In this document: positions 9,574 to 18,342 of the stretch, piece after piece | Layout of the letters: each line of letters begins with the position of its first letter | How positions within the stretch are numbered: position 1 is the stretch's first letter | Source of the DNA: Candidatus Latescibacterota bacterium | GTDB lineage: Bacteria; Latescibacterota; UBA2968; UBA8231 | Assembly (NCBI GenBank): GCA_965223905.1 | Contig: CBDCXV010000001.1 | Coordinates: forward strand, 224,001-288,000 | DNA: 64,000 nt | Direction of reading: 5' to 3' | Notes under the pieces: model-generated | What the model was told of the DNA's origin: nothing | Seen by the model: only the letters and a program-made list of their open reading frames with translations | Database searches by the model: none | Made by a program: the position numbers and the translations under genes

Positions 9574-10788
9574 ATGAACTCGCCGGTACACAGAGCTTTC
9601 ACAGAAATACTGCGGAGGCTTCCAAAATTTGCCCCGTCCGTTTCTGCGGGGATCGTCCTAGCCATGTTCGCCTTGGGGCTGTCCCTGCCCGATGCAGGGG
9701 CCGAGACCGGCGAACCCGTAGCCGCAGACAGCCTTCGCAAATACCGGTTTCTCGCCAAAACCGCTCGCGAAAAGAAGCAGACTGAAGACGCGCTGCGATA
9801 CTACGGGCAGGTGATCCACTACAAGCCCGACGATCTCAAAGCCCATTATTTCAGCGGCAGCCTGCTCGCAAACAAGGGAGACACGGCGGCAGCGAAACGG
9901 CACTTGCTCATCTGTGTCGCCCTCGACTCCCTGCACGTCAACAGCAACGTGCTGTTGACGCAACTCTACCTGCGCCAGGAAGATCCCGATTCGGCTTGGG
10001 TGTTCCTGGAGCCCGTTTTCGACATCAAGCCCGCAGTCTCGAAGTACCACCGGTTCAGGCGCCAAATCGCGGATCTCCATCGCATCCAGGGAAACCACAA
10101 AGCCGCTATTTCTCACTACGAAGCGCTGGCAGCCAACAGCGAAACCGACGCGCGTCAGATCTTCGAGCTGCTCTCCCAGCTGCACGAAGCCAATGGCGAC
10201 ACGGAACAGGCTCTTGCCTTGAGTTCGCGCGCCTTGTCGTCCCCGGCCTCCGAAACGAGCCCGTCCGCGATTGAAATACTCAGCCGCGTGCTGGAGCTGC
10301 AGGCCAGTAGCGGTGATCGTTCAGGTGCCTACGAAACGCTCAGACAGTTGGTGCGCCTCGACTCCCTGAGCAGGTATTCCTACTTCGACCGCATGGCTGC
10401 GATCGCTACCGATGCCGGCGATCTTTCGCAGCAGGTGGAAGGGCTCGAGGGTATGGTCGAAGCCCAACCACATGACCTGGGCCCATTGGCTACACTGGTC
10501 GAGCTCCACCTGAAGGGCAACGATCTCAACGCTGCTTCGACCTGGCTGCGTAGGGGCCTCAAGGTCGACAAAAAGGACGGCCACCTGCTGCTGCTTCAGG
10601 GTGAGCTGTTGATACTGCAAGGAGACGAAGATGCGGCAATTGCCGCTTTCGAACGGTCGCGACAGGATCCCGAGTGGGAAAAAGTCGCACAACAGCGCAT
10701 CTGGCAGCTGCGACCCCCGGAAACTGAAGAAGAGAAGCTGAAACGGTCATTCTTCGGAGCAAGTGAAGAAGACCAAACCGGTGGCTGA
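9574..10788 (+). CDS. Exported tetratricopeptide-repeat protein
   Basis: Hydrophobic signal (GIVLAMFALGLSLPDAGA) followed by repeated TPR-like helices; start uncertain (9556/9574). Confidence 0.8.
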   Translation: MNSPVHRAFTEILRRLPKFAPSVSAGIVLAMFALGLSLPDAGAETGEPVAADSLRKYRFLAKTAREKKQTEDALRYYGQVIHYKPDDLKAHYFSGSLLANKGDTAAAKRHLLICVALDSLHVNSNVLLTQLYLRQEDPDSAWVFLEPVFDIKPAVSKYHRFRRQIADLHRIQGNHKAAISHYEALAANSETDARQIFELLSQLHEANGDTEQALALSSRALSSPASETSPSAIEILSRVLELQASSGDRSGAYETLRQLVRLDSLSRYSYFDRMAAIATDAGDLSQQVEGLEGMVEAQPHDLGPLATLVELHLKGNDLNAASTWLRRGLKVDKKDGHLLLLQGELLILQGDEDAAIAAFERSRQDPEWEKVAQQRIWQLRPPETEEEKLKRSFFGASEEDQTGG

Positions 10789-10834
10789 ACAGTCGCCAAA
10801 CGGGCCAACGCTGGCCTCCAGCTGAGGAGAGATT

Positions 10835-11458
10835 ATGTGGGAATTGTTTCAGGATGGTGGATGGGCGATGTATCCACTGGTAGTACTGCTGGTGCTCGGA
10901 ATCGCCATTGCCATCGAAAGACTGATCAACCTGAGCCGAGCAGGTATCGACGCAAACGCGTTTTCCCAGAACCTTGAAGAGGCCCTGAGGTCTGGCGGGC
11001 CCGACGAGGCCGCACGGATCTGTTCGGAAACGCGGGGGCCCGTCGCCTCGGTCATCCACGCCGGTTTGTTGCGAATGCACCGCGGCATCGATCACGTGGA
11101 AAAGGCGATCGACAATGCCGGAGCAGTGGAGATGGCTTTCCTCGAACGAGGTATGGTCTGGCTTTCCACGGTCGCCAACCTCGCTCCCATGATCGGCTTC
11201 CTCGGGACAGTGAGTGGGATGATCACCGCTTTCCAAGCGATCGAAAGGGCCGGCGACGTTGAACCGTCCATGGTTGCCGGAGGAATTTCGGAGGCGCTTA
11301 TCACTACGGCATCCGGTCTTATCGTCGGTATCATCATTCAATTCCTTCACAACTTTTTCGCATCCAGGATCGACCGTATCATCGCCGACATGCAAGAGCA
11401 TACTGCCGGTTTCGTCGACCTGCTGGCGGAAACGGGTCAGGCTGACGCCGCGCAATAA
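10835..11458 (+). CDS. exbB: MotA/TolQ/ExbB proton channel protein
   Basis: LSTVANLAPMIGFLGTVSGMITAF...AGGISEALITTASGL; GAGGAG SD. Confidence 0.93.
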   Translation: MWELFQDGGWAMYPLVVLLVLGIAIAIERLINLSRAGIDANAFSQNLEEALRSGGPDEAARICSETRGPVASVIHAGLLRMHRGIDHVEKAIDNAGAVEMAFLERGMVWLSTVANLAPMIGFLGTVSGMITAFQAIERAGDVEPSMVAGGISEALITTASGLIVGIIIQFLHNFFASRIDRIIADMQEHTAGFVDLLAETGQADAAQ

Positions 11459-11498
11459 AAGCGCCGCAGAGCCAATCCACTGACAGCGCCGGAATCGG

Positions 11499-11912
11499 AT
11501 GAACTGGAAACGAGGGCACAGAGTCCCGCCGGAGATACCTACCGCCTCGATGGCGGATATCGCCTTTCTTCTGATTGTCTTCTTCCTTGTGACGACGACG
11601 ATGAATCAGGACAAGGGCCTGTCTTTGCACCTGCCGCCGTTTGGTGAAAGCAAAGAGATCAAGCAGAAGAACATCTGCAACGTCTGGATCAACGAACGGG
11701 ACGAAATCGCCTTCTTCGAAAACGAAAATCTGACCTTGGTTTCTTTCGGTGATCTCCGAGGCCAGATACAGAGCCGACTCGCGGCCAACGACAAACTTAT
11801 CATTTCGCTGAAGGCGGAACGCGGGGCCACGTATCGGATGTTTGTCGACGTACTCGACGAACTCAAACTGGCGGGCGCGACCCGCATCTCGATCGCGGAG
11901 CCTGAGCAGTGA
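11499..11912 (+). CDS. exbD: Biopolymer transporter ExbD/TolR
   Basis: EIPTASMADIAFLLIVFFLVTT with the conserved TM Asp. Confidence 0.92.
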   Translation: MNWKRGHRVPPEIPTASMADIAFLLIVFFLVTTTMNQDKGLSLHLPPFGESKEIKQKNICNVWINERDEIAFFENENLTLVSFGDLRGQIQSRLAANDKLIISLKAERGATYRMFVDVLDELKLAGATRISIAEPEQ

Positions 11913-12328
11913 AGTTCAACCGCAAAGCAACGGTCGCCAGTGTGATCCCGACAGCTTCCATGGCGGACATCTCTTTTCTGCTGCTGGTTTTTTTCATGGT
12001 GTCGACCGTGTTTGTCCGCTACCGCGGCATTCCGGTTGAATTGCCCGACGCAAAAAGTGTCGAAAAACTCGAGATGAGGAGGCATGTGACCAGCGTCTGG
12101 GTCAGCAAAACCGGTTTGGTCAATATTGACGACCAAACGGTTCTGCTCGAACAGGTGGGGCAGCTCATCTACTCCAAACTGAGCGCGAATCCTCGGCTGA
12201 TAATCTCCATCAAGGGAGATGGCGAAGCCGAATTCGGTGTCATTTCCGATGTCCTGCAGGAGCTGCGCAAAGTTGAGGCATTGCGCGTCAATTTCGCCAC
12301 CGACCGGGAGAAGCAGCCACAGCCATGA
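11909..12328 (+). CDS. exbD: Biopolymer transporter ExbD/TolR (second paralog)
   Basis: IPTASMADISFLLLVFFMVST; GTGA overlap. Confidence 0.92.
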   Translation: MKFNRKATVASVIPTASMADISFLLLVFFMVSTVFVRYRGIPVELPDAKSVEKLEMRRHVTSVWVSKTGLVNIDDQTVLLEQVGQLIYSKLSANPRLIISIKGDGEAEFGVISDVLQELRKVEALRVNFATDREKQPQP

Positions 12329-13011
12329 CCAGCGCCGGCATCCCGCAGCGGCCTTGGAAAATGCCGCGACGAAAAGCGCCTGAAGCGGATCTTCGGCAGA
12401 CCTACCGCAAGGCCTTCTGGCTCTCGGTTGCCGCCTCCACCGCAGCTCATGCCCTGCTATTCATCATTTTTCCATCGTTCGAAGTCGAAGCCTTCGAAAA
12501 GCCGCAAGCCCCGGTCATTATCGAGCTGGAGCAGATACCGGAAACCCGCCAGGAACGGCGTCCGCCGCCTCCGCCACGACCCGTCGTCCCGATTCCCACC
12601 GACAGCGAAGACATTCCTGACGACGTTACCATCGAAACTACTGAACTTGACCTTTTCGACGATTTGGCACCCCCGCCTGAATTTGACGAGCTCCCCAGCA
12701 TAGAGGTCGAAGAAGAGGAAGAGGAGATTGTCGACCTCTGGAAGGTCGAGAAGAAACCGGTGCGGAAGAAGCAGGTTCGACCCGAATATCCGGTGATCGC
12801 CCGAAAAGCAGGTATCGAGGGCTCGGTAACGGTCACCGTACTGATCGGCAAGGACGGCAAGGTCGAGGCGATCGGTCAGATAGTCGGCAACGAAATCTTC
12901 CACGAAGCCGCCAAGGCGGCCGCCCTGAAAACGGAGTTTACACCCGCGATCCAGAACGACAAGCCGGTCAAAGTGTGGGTTAGTCTCCCGTTCAAATTCC
13001 ACCTCAATTGA
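12325..13011 (+). CDS. tonB: Energy transducer TonB
   Basis: TM helix with SxxxH (STAAH), Pro-rich linker, C-terminal PEYPVIARKAGIEGSV...FTPAIQNDKPVKVWVSLPFKF. Confidence 0.92.
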   Translation: MTSAGIPQRPWKMPRRKAPEADLRQTYRKAFWLSVAASTAAHALLFIIFPSFEVEAFEKPQAPVIIELEQIPETRQERRPPPPPRPVVPIPTDSEDIPDDVTIETTELDLFDDLAPPPEFDELPSIEVEEEEEEIVDLWKVEKKPVRKKQVRPEYPVIARKAGIEGSVTVTVLIGKDGKVEAIGQIVGNEIFHEAAKAAALKTEFTPAIQNDKPVKVWVSLPFKFHLN

Positions 13012-13198
13012 ACCTTTGGCTGCGCTGATCCACGCGATCACGGTTGCCATTTAGGATATTTACATCTCGGAGGTGCTCTTGATGCATCGATTTTGGAAGC
13101 CACCGAGATCCCTCCAAGCATCTCCCCGCCGGTAGGTACACACATCCCCGAATAACGCCACCTCGTGCACAACAACAAAGGTGGTCGGGAGGTCGCAC

Positions 13199-13654
13199 AT
13201 GCGTTGCCCGTTTTGCGATCATCAGGACGACCGCGTGGTCGACTCGAGGTCGTGCCGCGATGGCCAAGCCATCCGCAGACGCCGGGAGTGCATCAACTGC
13301 AATCAGCGGTTCACCACCTACGAATACATCGAACACGCGCCGCTGACCATCATCAAGCGTGACGGCAGTCGGGAGCCTTTCGACCGAGGCAAACTCCTCG
13401 AAAAGATTCGCCTCGCCTGCTACAAGACACCCGTCTCCAGCGATCAGATCGAAGAACTCGTCGACCAGATCGAAAGCGAGTTGGGCAACCTCACCGAAAA
13501 GGAAGTGCCGAGCATTCAGGTTGGTGAGCTGGTCATGGATGCGTTGCGCAGGTTGAACGAAGTCGCCTATGTCCGATTTGCGTCGGTATATCGACAATTC
13601 AGGGACAAGAGCGATTTCGTCCGCGAGTTGGAGCAGCTCTCGCCGGCCCCTTGA
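13199..13654 (+). CDS. nrdR: Transcriptional repressor NrdR
   Basis: MRCPFC...DSR...IRRRRECINCNQRFTTYE zinc ribbon, ATP cone, VAYVRFASVYRQF; GGAGG SD. Confidence 0.97.
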   Translation: MRCPFCDHQDDRVVDSRSCRDGQAIRRRRECINCNQRFTTYEYIEHAPLTIIKRDGSREPFDRGKLLEKIRLACYKTPVSSDQIEELVDQIESELGNLTEKEVPSIQVGELVMDALRRLNEVAYVRFASVYRQFRDKSDFVRELEQLSPAP

Positions 13655-13820
13655 GAACCTTGGCGGCGCTCCACCCATTTTGCGAGGCGCCGCACTAAAC
13701 GCCTGCTCGCCTGCAAGGGCAAATTTCCGCCTCCGTCAGGCATCCACCACCGTAGAAAATCGACGTTTTTGAGCCTCCTCAGCCCCGCCGGGAGATCGAT
13801 CCCGGTCTTTTTGAAATTCC

Positions 13821-13850
13821 TTGACACGCTCGAATCAAGGGCTGTATATT
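13821..13850 (+). promoter_or_regulatory. Sigma-70 promoter of nrdJ
   Basis: TTGACA (13821-13826), 18-bp spacer, TATATT (13845-13850). Confidence 0.7.
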
Positions 13851-13860
13851 CGAGACGTTT

Positions 13861-13907
13861 CTACAAGATCTTGTGTTCCGCTTGGTAGACAGCAGGAGAT
13901 AATGTGG
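13861..13907. promoter_or_regulatory. Tandem NrdR boxes
   Basis: CTACAAGATCTTGTGT (13861-13876, palindromic core ACAAGATCTTGT) and degenerate GCAGGAGATAATGTGG (13892-13907), 31-bp periodicity, compared with consensus acaCwAtATaTwGtgt. Confidence 0.75.
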
Positions 13908-14050
13908 TTCCCAGCGGAACTGATGTCCTCTTGTATTCTCCCCGCATATCCTCCTGTATATACTGATTTTGGGGCCTTTTGGGCTGGCGCTGAGCTTGGC
14001 CCAAAGGCGGAGCCCGTATTTTGCGCGCGATGCGCACAAGAGAGGGAAAA

Positions 14051-16444
14051 ATGTCGTCCAATATCCATGAATCAGGGGCCTCCGAAACCGCAGACGATAC
14101 CGCGGCAAAGAAAGGCCATCGCCTCGAGGACTTACTGGCTCAGGTGGAAGGTCGCGGCTACAGGCGCAACGGCCACGACGACATTCTGAAAAATGCGGCA
14201 GACGCAGGGACATACTATGCCGGCAATGATCTTGCGATCGATGTTCTGCGCAGCAAGTACCTGGCTCCGGGAGAGACCGGACCCCTGCAAATGTGGGACC
14301 GCATCGCCCGGGCGATGGCCTCGGTAGAAAAGGAGGAGGCCCACTGGTACAACCGCTTCTTCACCCTTCTTCTCGACTTCAAGTTCATCCCCGGGGGTCG
14401 AGTTATGCACGGGGCAGGCCGTGACGAAGCCCGCCGCAAACCTACGCTCTCCAACTGCTACGTCATTCCCATAGAACAGGACAGCCTCGAGGGTATTTAC
14501 CGCTGCTTGAGTGAATCGGCGATGGTGTACCGGACCGGCGGCGGGGTCGGTACTGACCTGTCGTCGCTGCGGCCCAAGGGTGCACCGGTCAACGCGACCG
14601 TCGACCGGTCTCCGGGGTGCACCGCTTTCATGAACCTGTTGAGCGAAAGCACCAACGCGGTGTCCCAGGCGGGCAGGCGAGGTGCGCTGATGCTGACTCT
14701 ACGGGTCGATCATCCCGACATCGAGGACTTCATAACCATCAAGAATGACGTTACCCGAACCAAGGTGCAGTACGCCAACATCAGCGTTCTGATAACCCAC
14801 GAGTTCATGGAAGCCGTCCTTGGCGACACGGACTTCGACCTCAGGTGGGGAGGAAAGGTGTACCGCACCGTGCGCGCGCGGGATCTGTGGAACACCATCA
14901 TCGCCAATGCCCATTCCAGCGCTGAGCCTGGGATCATCTTCTGGGACACGATGAAGGAGTACCACAACGTCGAATATGCCAATCCGCTGACCAGCACCAA
15001 CCCCTGCGGCGAACAGCCCCTGGCTTCGTACACTGCGTGCAACCTCGGCAATCTCAATCTGGTGAAGTTCGTCCATGAAGACGGCACATTCGATTTCGAG
15101 GATCTGGCCGAGAGCACCCGGGTCGCGACCCGTTTTCTCGACGACGTCATCGATTACAACATGGACAATCACGCCCTTCCAAAGATCAGAGAGGCGGTGG
15201 AATCGGACCGTCGCGTCGGGCTGGGTATCACAGGCTTGGCGGACGCGCTGATACTCATGAAGCTGAGGTACGACTCGGACGAGGCGCTCGACGCGGTCGA
15301 GAAGGTGATGCAGACGATCTGTTACTCCTCCTACGAGACTTCCATCGACCTTGCGAGCGAAAAAGGACCCTTCACGCTGTTCGACTGGAACGGCATTTCG
15401 CAAAGCAAGTTCATTCAGAGTCTGCCGAAGAGCATTCAGGACCGCGCAAAGAAAAATGGCTTGCGCAACGCGACCCTGATCACGGTTCCTCCGGTCGGGA
15501 CCGGGTCCATCGTCGCCCAGACGACTTCGGGCATCGAGCCGATCTTCTGCACCAGCTACAAGCGGCGAGTCAAACAGGCAGACGGAGAATCTTTCCGCGA
15601 GTATAAAGTGTATCACCCGCTGATTCAGCGCCTCTTCGGCGACGACGAGAACCTGCCCGACTACGTCGTAAGTTCACACGAAATCGATCCGTATTCCCGT
15701 GTAAGGATGCAGGGGATCATACAGAAGTACACCGACAGCAGCATCTCTTCGACGATCAATCTGGCGGAGGAAACAAGTGCAGAGACGGTGGGGGACATCT
15801 ACATCACCGCCTATAGGGAGGGCCTCAAGGGCGTAACCGTCTACAGGGAGGGAAGCCGCCAGGGAATCCTGCAGACCGCAGACAGTCAGAAGGAGAAGCA
15901 GCCACCGCAGAAAGAGGATACTCCTGCAGCCGAAGCTCCGTCGGCTTCCAGGCGCAGCGAGCGCGGCTACCACCCGCGCCGCCGGCCGGCGGTCACCACC
16001 GGTGTGACCGAACGCATCCGCACCGGGGAGGGCAACATTTACGTCACTATCAACGAGGACGACCAAGGACTGTGCGAGGTTTTCAGCACCATCGGCAAGG
16101 CGGGAGGAAACGCCGCCGCGCAATCCGAAGCGATCAGCAGACTGATTTCGATAGCGCTGCGCTCGGGAATCGACCCGCAGGAAATCGTGAAGTCCCTGAA
16201 GGGTATATCCGGACCCACCCCGGTCTGGGAAGACGGCGAACTGATCCTGTCGGCACCTGACGCCATAGGCCGCGCTCTCGAGCGCTTTCTGCAGCGTGGA
16301 GTGGAACCTGGTGCCGAGTCCGCGGGCTCGGATCCCGATAGCAGGGAGGCCAAATCGAGCGCCACCTGCCCGGAGTGCGGCTCGACAGTCGTGCACGAGA
16401 GCAACTGCCTCAATTGCAAGCACTGCGGCTGGTCCAAGTGCTGA
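14051..16444 (+). CDS. nrdJ: Class II (adenosylcobalamin-dependent) ribonucleotide reductase
   Basis: PGGRV, LSNCYV, TNPCGEQ, RRVGLGITGLAD, PPVGTGS...SGIEP, KGVTVYREGSR; C-terminal TSCPD-like domain and CPEC...CLNCKHCGWSKC; no nrdB nearby. Confidence 0.95.
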   Translation: MSSNIHESGASETADDTAAKKGHRLEDLLAQVEGRGYRRNGHDDILKNAADAGTYYAGNDLAIDVLRSKYLAPGETGPLQMWDRIARAMASVEKEEAHWYNRFFTLLLDFKFIPGGRVMHGAGRDEARRKPTLSNCYVIPIEQDSLEGIYRCLSESAMVYRTGGGVGTDLSSLRPKGAPVNATVDRSPGCTAFMNLLSESTNAVSQAGRRGALMLTLRVDHPDIEDFITIKNDVTRTKVQYANISVLITHEFMEAVLGDTDFDLRWGGKVYRTVRARDLWNTIIANAHSSAEPGIIFWDTMKEYHNVEYANPLTSTNPCGEQPLASYTACNLGNLNLVKFVHEDGTFDFEDLAESTRVATRFLDDVIDYNMDNHALPKIREAVESDRRVGLGITGLADALILMKLRYDSDEALDAVEKVMQTICYSSYETSIDLASEKGPFTLFDWNGISQSKFIQSLPKSIQDRAKKNGLRNATLITVPPVGTGSIVAQTTSGIEPIFCTSYKRRVKQADGESFREYKVYHPLIQRLFGDDENLPDYVVSSHEIDPYSRVRMQGIIQKYTDSSISSTINLAEETSAETVGDIYITAYREGLKGVTVYREGSRQGILQTADSQKEKQPPQKEDTPAAEAPSASRRSERGYHPRRRPAVTTGVTERIRTGEGNIYVTINEDDQGLCEVFSTIGKAGGNAAAQSEAISRLISIALRSGIDPQEIVKSLKGISGPTPVWEDGELILSAPDAIGRALERFLQRGVEPGAESAGSDPDSREAKSSATCPECGSTVVHESNCLNCKHCGWSKC

Positions 16445-16481
16445 AACAAAAACGACCGCGCCCTGACAACGCGGTTCTGGA

Positions 16482-16526
16482 AATAAAAAAGGGACGTGAT
16501 CCGACCTGATCGCGTCCCTTTTTATT
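16482..16526. terminator. Bidirectional intrinsic terminator
   Basis: AATAAAAAAGGGACGTGAT-loop-ATCGCGTCCCTTTTTATT inverted repeat between convergent genes. Confidence 0.88.
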
Positions 16527-16538
16527 GTCTCTCCGATT

Positions 16539-17297
16539 TCAGTTCACGTCGAGAACGAGTCCGTCGTACGCCAACTCAACATTGTCGGGCAGGAAGACAT
16601 TTGTTGCTTCGTGATCCAGTTCGTGCGCGATGTGTGTGAAGAAAGTCCGCCTCGGCTTCAGTTCGTCGACGACATCGAGCGCCTCTTCTATGTTGAAGTG
16701 GGTCGGGTGTTCGGTGTGTCGCAAGGCGTCCAGAACGAGCACGTCGAGATCGCGCAACTGGGCCATGGATTCCGGCGGGATCCGATTGCAGTCCGTCACG
16801 TAGGCGAACTGCCCGATGCGGAACGCGAGCACCGGCAATCTTCCGTGATACACGGTGATGGGATGGATCTGCAGGCCGAACAGCGTGATCGTACCGTTGA
16901 TCAGGTGCAGGTCCAGCCGTGGAAGCGACTGCGGATAAGGTGAATCGAAAGCGTAATCGAACACCCGGTTGATGCGCTCCAGGGTGTTGTGATCGGCAAA
17001 ACAGGGCAGTGGTTCGTCGCGGCCGAAGCAGTAGCACCGCAGGTCGTCGAGTCCATGCAGGTGGTCGGCGTGGCCATGCGTAAACATTACGGCATCGAGG
17101 CGGCGAACTTCGTAGCGAAGAGCCTGAGTGCGTAGATCAGGCGTAGTGTCGACAAGAAGGACCCGATCTCCAAACTCGATCAGTATGGAACAGCGGAGCC
17201 GCTTGTTGCGGGGATTTTCCGACAGGCAAACCGGGCAGTCGCAGCCGATGCGGGGAACCCCGACCGAGGTCCCGGTCCCCAACAGGGTTACCTTCAC
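16539..17297 (-). CDS. MBL-fold metallohydrolase (PhnP-like)
   Basis: LLGTGTSVGVPRIGCDCPVC, THGHADHLHGLDD, AYVTDC, HPTHF, THIAH, AYDG. Confidence 0.92.
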   Translation of the reverse strand: MKVTLLGTGTSVGVPRIGCDCPVCLSENPRNKRLRCSILIEFGDRVLLVDTTPDLRTQALRYEVRRLDAVMFTHGHADHLHGLDDLRCYCFGRDEPLPCFADHNTLERINRVFDYAFDSPYPQSLPRLDLHLINGTITLFGLQIHPITVYHGRLPVLAFRIGQFAYVTDCNRIPPESMAQLRDLDVLVLDALRHTEHPTHFNIEEALDVVDELKPRRTFFTHIAHELDHEATNVFLPDNVELAYDGLVLDVN

Positions 17298-18064
17298 TGC
17301 GGGCTCCGAGAATCTGCGCTCGGCAAAGTCAGCACATCGGGACCATCGTCGGTGACTGCGACGGTGTGCTCGAAGTGGGCGACAGTGGTGCCATCCCGCG
17401 TCGAAGTTGTCCAGCCGTCTTCGGCGACGACTACGTCCGGTTTACCCATACTGAGAATCGGTTCAATGGCGACGACGAGGCCCGGCTGCAACTTCGGTCC
17501 CCGCCCCGGGGAGCCATAGTTTGGAATGTGGGGAGCTTCGTGCAAAGCCCGCCCGATTCCATGGCCTCCGAACTCACGGACGACCGACATGCCGTTGGCC
17601 TCCGCCCGAGACTGGATGGCATGAGAAATATCCGATAAACGTCCGCGCGACCGGGCTTTGCTGATACCGTCATGGAGGGCCGCGCGGGTCGTGTCGAGAA
17701 GATGCTGCTGGGCACTCGTGATGAAGCCCACCCCGAGCGAAAAAGCGCCATCCCCGAAATAACCATCCAGCTTGACGCCGACGTCAACGCTTAGGATATC
17801 TCCGGTGTGAAGCGCTTCGGGCCGCGGGAATCCGTGCACCGCTTCGTCGTTTACGGAAGCACATATGCTGGCAGGAAAGCCGTGATACCCTTTGAATGCG
17901 GGGTGGGCGCCATGGCCTCGGATCGTTTCTTCGGCCAAACGGTCAAGTTCGAGGGTTGAAACACCGGGCCGTGCGGCTGCTACCAGCGCCTGCTGAACCA
18001 AAAACACGATACGGCAACTGGCACGGATCTTCTCGATCTCCTCCGGAGTTCTTATCGTGACCAT
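17294..18064 (-). CDS. map: Methionine aminopeptidase type I
   Basis: FPASICASVNDEAVHGFP, DVGV...GDGA, GHGIG..LHE.P, AIEP, AHFEHTV. Confidence 0.96.
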   Translation of the reverse strand: MVTIRTPEEIEKIRASCRIVFLVQQALVAAARPGVSTLELDRLAEETIRGHGAHPAFKGYHGFPASICASVNDEAVHGFPRPEALHTGDILSVDVGVKLDGYFGDGAFSLGVGFITSAQQHLLDTTRAALHDGISKARSRGRLSDISHAIQSRAEANGMSVVREFGGHGIGRALHEAPHIPNYGSPGRGPKLQPGLVVAIEPILSMGKPDVVVAEDGWTTSTRDGTTVAHFEHTVAVTDDGPDVLTLPSADSRSPQ

Positions 18065-18342
18065 GGTGTCAAAGGTCCTGCCAGCCGATTGTCGGCACCC
18101 GGGAAAAATTCAACCGGATGTCCATTTGTGGTTGTTTTTAAAGAAGGTTGTGGGACTTTGGCAATTACGGAAAATGTGTGTGGACGGAAATTGTACCGGG
18201 GTTGCTGGAGGTTTGCTATGCTCTGAAGCGCTCTATATATTGGGAAAAATGTGGCGGCATTGGCAAAATTGAGGTATCCGACTCAATATGCAGATTTAGA
18301 TCTTATTGGCTTAAAGCATATCAACAACTACGGCACAAGGTA

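Noticed and set aside
13851-14050. Cobalamin riboswitch before the B12-dependent nrdJ
   Set aside because: No recognisable B12-box or conserved core; NrdR boxes account for the regulation.
14051-16444. Intein or intron in nrdJ
   Set aside because: RNR motifs are contiguous, the length is normal, and no splice or LAGLIDADG motifs are seen.
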